64,000 nt of DNA from Methyloprofundus sp. (lineage in GTDB: Bacteria; Pseudomonadota; Gammaproteobacteria; Methylococcales; Methylomonadaceae). Below, piece by piece: positions 41,924 through 52,600 of this stretch. The stretch covers positions 185 to 64,184 of the forward strand of contig DUBW01000040.1 in NCBI GenBank assembly GCA_012960135.1, read 5' to 3'. Positions within the stretch are counted from its first letter, which is position 1. Each line of letters opens with the position of its first letter. Under the pieces are notes generated by a model. It was not told the DNA's origin and ran no database searches. It saw only the letters and a program-made list of their open reading frames with translations. Position numbers and translations under genes: made by a program.

Positions 41924-44590
41924 ATGACGGACAAGAATATAAATATGAATGAAAATGTAACAATATCAACAACCTGCCCATACTGTGGTGTGGGCTGTGG
42001 TGTTTTAGCGACTAACAAACCAGATGGCACCATTAGTGTGGAAGGTGATCAATCTCATCCTGCCAACTTGGGTAGATTATGTTCAAAAGGCTCAGCATTA
42101 GCTGATACTATTGGTCTAGATGGTCGATTACTTCATCCTCAAATAAATGGTCAACAAACTTCGTGGGATGAAGCATTAGATGCCGTTGCGACTGGTTTTC
42201 AAAAGGTGATTGATGAACATGGTCCAGATGCGGTGGCATTTTATGTCTCAGGTCAGCTATTAACTGAAGATTATTATGTGGCTAATAAGCTAATGAAAGG
42301 CTTTATTGGTAGTGCCAATATCGATACTAACTCTCGTTTATGTATGTCCTCTGCTGCGGCGGGTTATAAACGTGCTTTCGGTAGTGATTCCGTACCTTGT
42401 AGTTATGAAGACTTAGAAAAAGCAGATCTCATTGTTATCGAAGGTTCTAATACAGCGTGGTGTCACCCCGTTGTTTATCAACGTATTAGTAAAGCAAAGC
42501 AAGATAATCCTAATTTAAAGATTATCGTTATTGACCCTCGCAAAACGGCTACTTGCGATATCGCCGATTTACATTTATCTCTTAAACCGGGAACTGACGC
42601 TACATTATTCAATGGTTTATTACGTTATTTAAACCATAGTGATGTGATTGACTGGGATTTTGTTAATCATCATACAGAAGGTTTTTCTGATGCTTTATTA
42701 TCAGCACAAGACTCAGATCTTAATGTGGTTCATGTTGCACAGACGTGTGAACTAGGCAGCCATGATGTTGAGCTGTTTTTTCAACTATTTGCGGACACTG
42801 AAAAAGTGGTCACGCTATACTCTCAAGGCGTGAATCAATCTTCTTCAGGTACGGATAACTCAAATAGTATTATCAATTGTCACCTTGCAACAGGTCGTAT
42901 TGGTAAACTAGGGATGGGACCATTCTCAATTACGGGTCAACCTAATGCCATGGGTGGGCGTGAAGTAGGGGGCTTATCAAACCAACTTGCTGCTCATATG
43001 GAGTTGGAAAATCTAAAACACCACGATTTAGTTTCTCGTTTTTGGAATACAGATAATCTAGCATCAACGGCTGGCGCTAAAGCTGTCGACATATTTAATG
43101 ATGTTGCTAGCGGCAAGATAAAAGCGATTTGGATCATGGCAACAAACCCAGTGGTGACCTTACCTGATGCAGATAAAGTACGTGCTGCATTACAGGCGTG
43201 TGAGCTGGTTGCTGTGTCAGATTGTGAACAAAACACCGATACCACGGCTTGTGCCGACATCTTATTGCCAGCATTAGCTTGGGGCGAAAAGTGCGGAACA
43301 GTGACTAACTCCGAACGTCGTATTTCACGTCAACGTAACATCTTAGCTCACCCTGGTGAAGCAGAAGAAGATTGGTGGATAATCAGTCAAGTAGCTGAGA
43401 AACTAGGTTTTAAAGAACAGTTTAATTACGCATCAAGTGCTGATATTTTCCGTGAGCACGCTGCTTTATCAGGTTTCGAAAATGATGGGAAACGTGATTT
43501 TGATATTAGTGGTTTAGCCACATTAAGTGATGAACAATACCATCAACTTCAACCGATACAGTGGCCAGTAACAACTGCAAATCCACAAGGTACGGAGCGC
43601 TTATTTACTGACAAACAATTCTTTACACCAACGGGAAAAGCACAGTTTATTGCCATCACACCTCGACCACCGGTTAATGCAACAAACGAAGACTATCCTT
43701 TAGTATTAAATACAGGTCGAGTTAGAGATCAATGGCATACCATGACGCGTACTGCTCGCAGTGCGAAACTGAATGGCCATATCCCCGAGCCCTTTGTTGA
43801 AATTCACCCCCTTGATGCTGAAAAATGGTCAGTAGAACAAGGTGCCTTGGCTCAAGTTGATAGTCTATGGGGAACCCTGTTAGCACGTGTGCAGATTACT
43901 GATACTCAAAGAGTGGGTAGTATTTTTGTGCCTATGCATTGGAATAAGCAGACAGCTTCATTGTCTAGGGTTGATGCCGTAGTCAATCCCGTGGTTGATC
44001 CCATATCGGGTCAACCAGAATTTAAACATACACCGGTTAAGATTAAAACTTATCAGGCAGTGTGGCATGGCTTTATTTTATCTAGAACACGATTAACCCT
44101 ACCTGATACACACTACTGTGTATCTATTAAAGGAGAACAATTCTGGCGTTATGAGCTCGCGGGGGATGCAACGATTGATAATTATTCTGCGTGGGCAAAA
44201 CAGCAAATAGGTCAAGAGGGAGAATGGTTAGAGTTTGCTGACCAAACAGCACAGCGTTTTCGTGCTGGCATGATTAAACATGATCTGCTTGATGCAGTAG
44301 TATTTGTTGCTCCTAATCATGAATTACCTACACGAACATGGTTAAGTCAATTATTCACAGAGTCACCTTTAAGTGATGAAAGCCGGTCAAATTTACTTGC
44401 CGGTAAGCCAGGGGCAAATCAACCCGATGTCGGTGCTTTAGTCTGTGCTTGTTTTGGTGTGGGTGAAAATACAATTAAAGATGCCATTTCCTGTGGTGCA
44501 GCTAAATCTATTGAAGATATTGGCAAGCAACTTAAAGCAGGGACAAACTGTGGCTCATGTATCCCAGAGATCAAAAAATTATTTAGTTAA
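41924..44590 (+). CDS. nasA: assimilatory nitrate reductase catalytic subunit
   Basis: TCPYCGVGCG, LCSKG, NIDTNSRLCMSS, GQPNAMGGREVG, molybdopterin C-domain, C-terminal BFD [2Fe-2S]. Confidence 0.96.
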   Translation: MTDKNINMNENVTISTTCPYCGVGCGVLATNKPDGTISVEGDQSHPANLGRLCSKGSALADTIGLDGRLLHPQINGQQTSWDEALDAVATGFQKVIDEHGPDAVAFYVSGQLLTEDYYVANKLMKGFIGSANIDTNSRLCMSSAAAGYKRAFGSDSVPCSYEDLEKADLIVIEGSNTAWCHPVVYQRISKAKQDNPNLKIIVIDPRKTATCDIADLHLSLKPGTDATLFNGLLRYLNHSDVIDWDFVNHHTEGFSDALLSAQDSDLNVVHVAQTCELGSHDVELFFQLFADTEKVVTLYSQGVNQSSSGTDNSNSIINCHLATGRIGKLGMGPFSITGQPNAMGGREVGGLSNQLAAHMELENLKHHDLVSRFWNTDNLASTAGAKAVDIFNDVASGKIKAIWIMATNPVVTLPDADKVRAALQACELVAVSDCEQNTDTTACADILLPALAWGEKCGTVTNSERRISRQRNILAHPGEAEEDWWIISQVAEKLGFKEQFNYASSADIFREHAALSGFENDGKRDFDISGLATLSDEQYHQLQPIQWPVTTANPQGTERLFTDKQFFTPTGKAQFIAITPRPPVNATNEDYPLVLNTGRVRDQWHTMTRTARSAKLNGHIPEPFVEIHPLDAEKWSVEQGALAQVDSLWGTLLARVQITDTQRVGSIFVPMHWNKQTASLSRVDAVVNPVVDPISGQPEFKHTPVKIKTYQAVWHGFILSRTRLTLPDTHYCVSIKGEQFWRYELAGDATIDNYSAWAKQQIGQEGEWLEFADQTAQRFRAGMIKHDLLDAVVFVAPNHELPTRTWLSQLFTESPLSDESRSNLLAGKPGANQPDVGALVCACFGVGENTIKDAISCGAAKSIEDIGKQLKAGTNCGSCIPEIKKLFS

Positions 44591-44686
44591 CCTTAGCTTG
44601 AAGCAGGAGGTGAATATTAGAATTAGTCACTGAAGGTGAATTTATTATTGTTTCTAGCGTATAAATATTTCAAACTGAATAGACAA

Positions 44687-44999
44687 AAACGGGGAGTCGC
44701 TATTTTTGCGAAAGCTTGTTTTGGGCATCCCAGCCCAAGCAAGCGGCAAAAACTTAACGCGACCACTAATGCCTCCGGCGCCCCAGATGTCCTGCGTACG
44801 TGCCACTTCGCCACTACCATCGTAAACTCGGCGCTGGCTTCGTAACACTCCCTCAAATGACTGGACGGCGTTTCGGAATGCCTTTTTTTTTGTCTCCACC
44901 TACGCTAGCGCTACGATTCCGACAAAACAACGGCCCTACGCCTTCTGGGGACTACCAGCCCTCGCGTTCGCTCTCCATAGCTGGCAGCGGTAGATTATT
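44687..44999. repeat. copy B of the ~300-nt structured non-coding element
   Basis: About 12 differences from 49206-49509; GC-rich, multiple hairpins. Confidence 0.9.
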
Positions 45000-45108
45000 A
45001 GACATGCCAATAAGTTTCCAGAGAGTAAAAATAGTTACAGAGTGACTATTTATTTATCTTGAGCAGGGGATGGAATCTATACGTGCTCTTTAATCGGCGA
45101 ACTTAAGC

Positions 45109-45223
45109 GCACTGAGACAGTGCGGAGCAGCTTTGTTTTGCGATATTGTGGTGCTCTCAACCGTTAGTAGGAAATTAAAAAACAATTACAAAACATAAAG
45201 TTATGACTTGGCATGATTCCCGC
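45109..45223 (+). promoter_or_regulatory. NtrC-like site and sigma54 promoter of narK
   Basis: GCAC-TGAGACA-GTGC at 45109-45123; TGGCATG-ATTC-CCGC at 45209-45223 with correct GG-N10-GC spacing. Confidence 0.7.
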
Positions 45224-45273
45224 TATATCTCTTTTGATACCAACGTTGGTACAGCTCTAGAAGAGATTCTCCT

Positions 45274-46740
45274 ATGTCTGCACAAAAGTTAAAACTATTA
45301 TCATTTAGTGGTAATACCAAAATCCTTCATCTAAGTTGGATGGCTTTTTTCATTAGTTTTGTTGTTTGGTTTAATCATGCGCCATTACTAATTGCAATAC
45401 AGCAGACACTTGGTCTTACTGATCAACAAATAAAAACAATCTTAATTCTTAATGTTGCATTGACTATTCCTGCCCGAATTGTTGTCGGGATGTTAGTTGA
45501 TAAATTTGGCCCAAGAATTACTTTTCCCTTACTACTTGGTGTTTCAAGTATTATCTGTTTCTTCTTTGCTTTAGCCCAAAATTTTGAACAATTAGCTGTT
45601 GCTCGTTTTATGCTTGGTTTTGTAGGTGCTGGTTTTGTTATCGGAATTAGAATGATTTCAGAATGGTATCCAGCTAAACAAGTTGGTCTAGCAAGTGGTA
45701 TTTATGGTGGTTTGGGTAACTTTGGTGCAGCTGGTGCAGCTGTCTCTTTACCTACGATTGCACTGATGTTTGGTGGTGACGATGGCTGGCGTTATGCGGT
45801 TGCGTTAACAGGTGTTATTGCACTTATCTATGCCTTCATTTACTACAATGCAGTATCAGATACTCCAAAAGGGTCAACATACTTTAAACCTAAAAAATCA
45901 GGTGGCTTAGAAGTAACCAGTAAAGGTGACCTTTATTTTTACTTATTCATGAACATTCCAATGTATGCAGCCTTAGCTGTACTTGCATGGAAACTATCGC
46001 CAAGTGGTGTTAGCTTATTAACGGCTGAAGTGGTACAAGCTATTTATATCGGTTTGTTTGCCCTGTATTTTTATCAGGCTTACCACATCTACCAAGTAAA
46101 CAAAGAAATCTTTGTTAAAGCGGTGCCAACCATTCATCGTTACAAATTTAAACAAATTGCTGTGTTAGATTTAACCTATATGGTTGCATTTGGTTCAGAG
46201 CTAGCTGTTGTATCAATGTTGCCTTTATTCTTCTTTGAGACCTTTCAGATCAGTGCAGTTCAAGCGGGTATCTTGGCATCAAGTTTTGCCTTTATGAACC
46301 TAGTGTCACGTCCAACAGGTGGCTGGTTGAGTGACCGTTTTGGTCGTAAAAATGCACTTAGCATTTGTATAGCCGGCTTGTCTATTGGGTATTATGTGAT
46401 GAGCCAAATTACCTCTGAATGGTCCATTGCTCTTGCGGTGTTAGCATCAATGGCATGTGCTTTCTTTGTTAATGCTGGCTGTGGAGCTGTGTTTGCCGTT
46501 GTTCCATTAGTACAACGTCGTTTAACTGGGCAAATTGCAGGTATGGCAGGTGCTTACGGTAATATTGGCGCCTTGGTTTTCTTAACTATTTTGTCTTTAG
46601 TTACAACTGAAACATTCTTTTTAGTGATTGCGGCAACAGCAATTGTGACATTATTAGCAGTTCAATTTATGGATGAACCAAAAGGCCAAATGGCTGAAAT
46701 TCTACCTGATGGCACAGTTCAAATGATTGACGTAAACTAG
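45274..46740 (+). CDS. narK: MFS nitrate/nitrite transporter (NarK/NasA family)
   Basis: Nitrate signature [32 protein letters not shown]. Confidence 0.92.
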   Translation: MSAQKLKLLSFSGNTKILHLSWMAFFISFVVWFNHAPLLIAIQQTLGLTDQQIKTILILNVALTIPARIVVGMLVDKFGPRITFPLLLGVSSIICFFFALAQNFEQLAVARFMLGFVGAGFVIGIRMISEWYPAKQVGLASGIYGGLGNFGAAGAAVSLPTIALMFGGDDGWRYAVALTGVIALIYAFIYYNAVSDTPKGSTYFKPKKSGGLEVTSKGDLYFYLFMNIPMYAALAVLAWKLSPSGVSLLTAEVVQAIYIGLFALYFYQAYHIYQVNKEIFVKAVPTIHRYKFKQIAVLDLTYMVAFGSELAVVSMLPLFFFETFQISAVQAGILASSFAFMNLVSRPTGGWLSDRFGRKNALSICIAGLSIGYYVMSQITSEWSIALAVLASMACAFFVNAGCGAVFAVVPLVQRRLTGQIAGMAGAYGNIGALVFLTILSLVTTETFFLVIAATAIVTLLAVQFMDEPKGQMAEILPDGTVQMIDVN

Positions 46741-46759
46741 ACGTCAGTAGATATAAAAT

Positions 46760-46806
46760 AAACGTAACAGTCCACTTTCAAAGATTGAAGGTGGACTGTT
46801 ACGTTT
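46760..46806 (+). terminator. strong intercistronic stem-loop
   Basis: AAACGTAACAGTCCAC-TTTCAA-AGA-TTGAAG-GTGGACTGTTACGTTT; no long U-tract. Confidence 0.6.
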
Positions 46807-46821
46807 CTCTGAGGATGAAAA

Positions 46822-48546
46822 ATGACAGCCAAATTAAAAGTCAGTGTTGGTTCTTATTCTGATAAGGGTATAAAAGAAGAAAACCAAGACTCGATAGGTC
46901 ATATGATTCCAACTAATTTAAACTTATTATCGGCAAAAGGTGCTGCCTTCACTTTAGCTGATGGTGTCAGTAGTAGTTCTGAAGCAAAACAAGCAAGCCA
47001 AACTTGTGTGACAGGATTTTTAAATGATTACTTCAGTACTCCTGATTCCTGGTCTGTTAAAAAATCAGGTGGCAAAGTACTTACATCAATTAATACATGG
47101 TTATACAGTCAAAGCAATCAATTTCAAGATATTTCTCGTGGTTTAGCAAGTACATTTTGTGGCTTAATTTTGAAGTCCACAACAGCTCATCTTTTTCACG
47201 TTGGTGATTCACGTATATATCAACTGAGAGCGAATAGTTTAGAGCAATTAACAACTGATCATCGAATCCATATGCCTGGTGAGAAAGAGTATCTTGGTCG
47301 GGCAATGGGGGTTGATTATCGTTTAGATATTGATTATAGAAAAGTACCAACAGAAGTTGGTGATCTATTCTTTATTTCTACAGATGGCGTACATGATTAC
47401 CTATCTGATAAAGAGATTAAGAAAATACTGACATCAGATGAAACAAATTTAACACTTATATGTGAACAAATAGTTGTTCACTCATTAAAACAGGGTAGCC
47501 TTGATAATGTAAGTTGCCAGTTATTACGAATTGATCAACTTCCATCACAAGATGCAGATGAGATTTTTTCTAAATTAACAGCGCTACCATTTCCACCAGA
47601 ATTATATGAAGGTGTTGTTTTAGATGGCTATCGCATTACAAGGGAGTTACACGCAAGTTCAACAAGTCAGCTATATCTCGCTATTGACACAGATACTGAT
47701 GAAAAAGTCGTCATTAAAACACCTTCAGTCAATTTTGAAGATGATCCTGCCTATCTAGAACGATTTCAACTTGAAGAGTGGGCTGGCCGACGACTTGACT
47801 GCCCGCATGTTATTAGGACTATTGAGCAACACCGACCTCGTCGTTTTCTTTACTATGTGATGGAATATATTGAGGGAAAAACCTTAGAACAATGGATTGA
47901 AGACCAGACAGAAGTTGATTTAACCATGATTAGAAACATTGTTTCTCAAGCTATTTCAGGCCTGAGAGCATTTCATCGGCTTGATATGCTTCATCAAGAT
48001 ATCAAGCCTGGCAACATCATGATAACCGCAGAAGGTTTGGTTAAAATTATCGACTTTGGTTCAACCAAAATTGCTGGCATTGCTGATATTTCTACACCGA
48101 TTGAACGTAAAGAGTTACTGGGTACAAAACACTATACTGCACCTGAATACCTTATTGAACAATCAGGCACAACACAATCTGACCTATTTTCTCTTGGCTG
48201 TATTATTTATGAAATGATTACCGCTAAGCTTCCCTATGGTGATGGACTTGCCAAAGCAGCAGATCAGCGATCACTGAATCGTTTAAAGTACATACCGATT
48301 AGTAACCATATAGCAAATATTCCCCATTGGGTGGATAAGGCAATCAGAACAGCTGTTCAAATTGACCCAGATAATCGTTATGAAAAATTATCAGAACTTG
48401 AATCAGATTTGAGAAAACCAAACCCTAATTATTTGAGAGAAGATCAACTTCCATTGCTAGAACGTAATCCACTTGGTTTTTGGAAGGCTTTTGCAGGGAT
48501 ATTATTTGTATTGAATTTGATATTAGCTTATTTATTGCTTAGATAG
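46822..48546 (+). CDS. bifunctional PP2C phosphatase / Ser-Thr protein kinase, membrane anchored
   Basis: PP2C motifs ADGVS, HVGDSRIY, TDG, DNVS; kinase motifs HQDIKPGN, DFGS, YTAPE; C-terminal TM. Confidence 0.92.
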   Translation: MTAKLKVSVGSYSDKGIKEENQDSIGHMIPTNLNLLSAKGAAFTLADGVSSSSEAKQASQTCVTGFLNDYFSTPDSWSVKKSGGKVLTSINTWLYSQSNQFQDISRGLASTFCGLILKSTTAHLFHVGDSRIYQLRANSLEQLTTDHRIHMPGEKEYLGRAMGVDYRLDIDYRKVPTEVGDLFFISTDGVHDYLSDKEIKKILTSDETNLTLICEQIVVHSLKQGSLDNVSCQLLRIDQLPSQDADEIFSKLTALPFPPELYEGVVLDGYRITRELHASSTSQLYLAIDTDTDEKVVIKTPSVNFEDDPAYLERFQLEEWAGRRLDCPHVIRTIEQHRPRRFLYYVMEYIEGKTLEQWIEDQTEVDLTMIRNIVSQAISGLRAFHRLDMLHQDIKPGNIMITAEGLVKIIDFGSTKIAGIADISTPIERKELLGTKHYTAPEYLIEQSGTTQSDLFSLGCIIYEMITAKLPYGDGLAKAADQRSLNRLKYIPISNHIANIPHWVDKAIRTAVQIDPDNRYEKLSELESDLRKPNPNYLREDQLPLLERNPLGFWKAFAGILFVLNLILAYLLLR

Positions 48547-48569
48547 GGGTGACTTTATCTAACTGGTTT

Positions 48570-48838
48570 GTAACTACTCAGCGAAGCTGAGTAGTTCAAT
48601 GAAATTATAAAGAAAATCCAGGTAACTTCCTCTCAAAGACCAGCGTCATTGCCTCAGTTGCACTGCCGCCCTGTTGTCGGCAAGTTGATAAATAACCTCT
48701 GACACGACAAAACATCTCGGCGCCCTGGGTACTGCGAAAACAGCCCCATATTTTCTGTTGAACTTTGGTCATACGAATCGAATTTCCAGCGGCATTATTG
48801 GTAAAGGATACGTAGCCATTTGTCATAAAGCGCAGCCC
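48570..48838 (-). mobile_element. IS66-family transposase 3' remnant with right end
   Basis: LRFMTNGYVSFTNN.A..IRMTKVQQK..GCFRS..GAEMFCRVRGYLST; ends at GCTGAGTAGTTAC (48570-48582), with a duplicated IR forming a hairpin. Confidence 0.82.
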
Positions 48839-48839
48839 C

Positions 48840-49205
48840 CCCCTGTGTCAGGATAGTTATCACCATAAACAAATGCTGAGATTCTTCCACCGTTACAATA
48901 TCAGGAATACGCACGGTTTTAGGAGGCCTGATTAATTGGAGATCTGTCCAGGTTTTTTTGTAATACCTGTGTATAAAAAAACTTCAGTCCATAAAGACCC
49001 AGTTTAACCGCACTCCAGGACAAACGATCAAGTAAATCATGAAAATAATCCAGTAATTGAACCTGGGTTAAATGCTCTAACTGATAGTTGAAATACTCAC
49101 CAACACGCCACATTGCGCAGGAGTATGCATCAATCGTCCTGGGTTGCAGACCCTTCAACATAAGATGTTTGCAGTGTAACTCATACTGACGATTGAAATG
49201 TGCTG
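48840..49205 (-). pseudogene. N-terminal fragment of a tyrosine recombinase of the type paired with IS91-like transposases
   Basis: HLMLKGLQPRTIDAY..DYFHDLL..SWSAVKL.LYGLKFFY, frameshift to LIRPPKTVRIPDIVTVEE, then fused to the IS66 remnant. Confidence 0.78.
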
Positions 49206-49509
49206 AAACGGGGGAGTCGCTATTTTTGCGAAAGCTTGTTTTGGGCATCCCAGCCCAAGCAAGCGGCAAAAAATTAACGCGACCACTAATGCCTTCGGCG
49301 CCCCAGACGTCCTGCATACGTGCCACTTCACCACTACCATCGTAAACTCGGCGCTGGCTTCGTAACACTCCCTCAAATGACTGGACGACGTTTCGGAATG
49401 CCTTTTATTTTGTCTCCACCTACGCTCGCGCTCCGATTCCGACAAAACAACGGCCCTACCCCTTCTGGGGACTACCAGCCCTCGCGTTCGCTCTCCATGG
49501 CTGGCAGCG
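49206..49509. repeat. copy C of the ~300-nt structured non-coding element
   Basis: Direct repeat of 44687-44990; directly upstream of the integrase fragment on the minus strand. Confidence 0.9.
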
Positions 49510-49660
49510 AATGAAGTTTTCATTGCCTTGTAAGCTCATGCGTTTTTGTAGAGATTACACATTCCCTTTGATGAGCAATAATAGGTAATGAGGTGACAAA
49601 TTACTGGATGGAGCTGTTTTTCTCCGCGATAGCGGCTTCGTCCAACAACAAATATTACGC

Positions 49661-52600
49661 TTAACGATATTTTATTCTTGCCGCGTTATCTTGTTTAAGA
49701 ATTCGCTGTAACCGTGTGATCAATTCATCGGTGGGATGAACCCGCCACTCGTCGCCTAATTGCACACTTGTTTTCGCCGTATCAGAAAGGTAATTGATAA
49801 CCAACATACATTGCCCACCGGAAAAAGGCTGTAGAGTGTGCTGTAAGCTATGCACAAAATCAAGTGTTTTTTCAGCCGTTTTGTCACACGTCCAATCGAG
49901 CATTAAGCAGCGCGCAAAGTTTTCCCTTGCTTGCTCCATGCTATATAACTTTTCGGCGGTAACGCTTAACATCCCTGAATAACCATCGATACGCGCCGAA
50001 CCCTCAACCACTAACACTTCATCTGTCGTTAATAAATCTTTATACAGCTCAAAGGTTTCACTATAGATAGCCACATCGACACGCGCACTTTTGTCATCCA
50101 GAGTCGCAAAGCCCATATTTCGCCCTTTTCGATCTAGACGGGTTCGAATGCCAACCAGTAGACCTGCCAGGCGCACATCTATTTTGCCTCTGCTATTTTC
50201 TACATTAGCCATAGTTTTGGCAATGCTACCATGTACGATATTTTGTAGCTCGGGCCAATACTGGTCTATCGGGTGGCCTGTTAAAAACAAACCTAGCGCC
50301 AGTTTTTCAAAAGCCAGGCGTTCTTTTTCTGGCCAGATTGCAACATTGTTTGCGTAATCCTTTATTTCATCATCCTGGCTTTCTGCATTAACAGCCAGAC
50401 CGAATAAATCATTTTGTCCTACTTCTGCCATTTTGACATGCCGCTCGGCAACTTTGATAGCTCTGGGTAATTCTGCCATATGACTGGCACGGTTATCATT
50501 AAAGGTATCGAAGGCTCCGCCACGTATCAAGGCCTCAAAAACACGCCGATTGACTTTGCGTAAATCGACGCGTTTACACAAGTCATACAAGCCGGTAAAA
50601 GGACCGTTGGCTTTTCTTTCACGAAGTAAATCTTCAATCGCCGCTTCACCTACGCCTTTTATTGCGCCGATACCATAGAGGATTTCTTCCGCTTCATTTA
50701 CAGTAAACTGAAAATTAGAAACATTGATATTTGGTGGGCATACTGCCAGTTTCATATCCTGGCACTCGGCAATCAAGATAACAATCTTATCGGTATTATC
50801 CATATCCGAAGACAGGACTGCAGCCATAAATGCAGCTGGGTAGTGGGCTTTTAACCAGGCAGTTTGATAAGCGACCAACGCATAAGCAGCAGAGTGTGAT
50901 TTATTAAAACCATAGCCGGCAAATTTCTCCATTAAGTCGAAGACATAGGTCGCTATTTTTTCATCTATACCATTTTCTATAGCGCCTTTAGTGAAAATCG
51001 CCCGCTGTTGCGCCATTTCCTCTACTTTTTTCTTACCCATCGCACGGCGCAATAAATCCGCCCCGCCTAAGGTATAGCCCCCCATTTCACGAGCGATCTG
51101 CATCACCTGCTCTTGATACAAGATGACCCCGTTGGTCGGCTCTAATACAGGTATCAGGATAGGATGTGCATATTCCGCTTTGGCACCATGCTTGACATTA
51201 ATATAATCATCAACCATGCCTGATTCTAATGGACCAGGGCGGAACAAAGCCACCAGTGCAATAATATCGTCAAAGCAATCGGGTTTCAGCTTTTTAATCA
51301 GTTCTTTCATGCCGCGAGATTCAAGCTGAAATACGGCTGTAGTTTCCGCGTTTTTTAACAGCTCATAAGAGGCAGCATCATCGCGGGGAATCTGTGTGAT
51401 ATCTACCGGTGGCTGATTAGTATCCGCCCGCTTCTTATTGATGGTCTGTAATGCCCAATCGATAATGGTTAAAGTTCTTAATCCTAAAAAATCGAACTTG
51501 ACCAAGCCAACCGCTTCCACATCGTCTTTATCAAACTGGGTCACCAGATTGCCGCCACCCTGTTCACAATAGAGTGGTGAGAAATCAGTTAACTTAGTCG
51601 GTGCGATAACCACACCACCCGCATGTTTACCAGCATTTCTAGCTGTCCCTTCTAATGAAAGCGCCATGTCCATCAGGCTTTTTACATCAGCATCGGTATC
51701 ATAAAGCATCTGAAATTCGGCGACATCTTTCAGGGCTTTAGTGAGTGTCATTCCGATTTCAAAAGGCACCAGTTTTGACAATCTATCGACAAAGCCATAA
51801 GGGTGGCCTAGTACCCGCCCCACATCGCGAATAACCGCTTTTGCGGCCATCGAACCATAAGTGATAATTTGTGAAACTTTATCCCGTCCGTAATTGCGAG
51901 CAACATAATCGATCACTTCGTCACGTCTATCCATGCAGAAATCAACATCGAAATCTGGCATGGAGACCCGCTCGGGATTTAAGAAGCGCTCGAATAGCAA
52001 ATCAAATTCAATCGGGTCTAGATCGGTGATATTCAGCACATAGGCAACCAGCGACCCGGCTCCCGATCCACGACCTGGACCAACGGGAATGGCATTGTCT
52101 TTTGCCCACTGGATAAAATCAGCAACAATCATAAAATAACCTGGAAAACCCATCTGAACAATAATGTCCAGTTCCATTTTTAAGCGCTCGTCATAGGCTA
52201 TGCGATTTTCTGCAGGAGTTCCTTGCCCTATCGCCGGATATTTTTCTAATCGGGCATCTAGACCTTTCTTCGATTCGGCAATAAAAAACTCATCCAGTGA
52301 CATCCCTTCGGGTACCGGGAAATCAGGTAAAAAGTTCTTGCCTAAGGTTAATTGAATATTACAGCGCCTGGCGATTTCAACCGTATTAGCTAAGGCCTCT
52401 GGTATATCCGCGAATAATGCCTGCATCTCTGCAGTACTGCGTAAATATTGCTGATCGGTATAATCTTTAGGGCGACGGTTATCATCTATCACCCGCCCCT
52501 GATTAATACAGACTCGCACTTCATGGGCGCCAAAACTTTCAGATTTTAAAAACCGCACATCATTGGTTGCAACAACGGGTAAGTCTAAATCAGTAGCTAG

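Noticed and set aside
44623-45045. Overlapping short ORFs in repeat copy B (and 49155-49523 in copy C)
   Set aside because: They occur on both strands and several frames of GC-rich repeat DNA, with no protein motifs; conservation with copy A follows stems, not codons.
45238-45252. ANTAR-like hairpin (C-AACGTT-G loop) in the narK leader
   Set aside because: ANTAR targets need two hairpins; only one fits, and no nasT is in the window.
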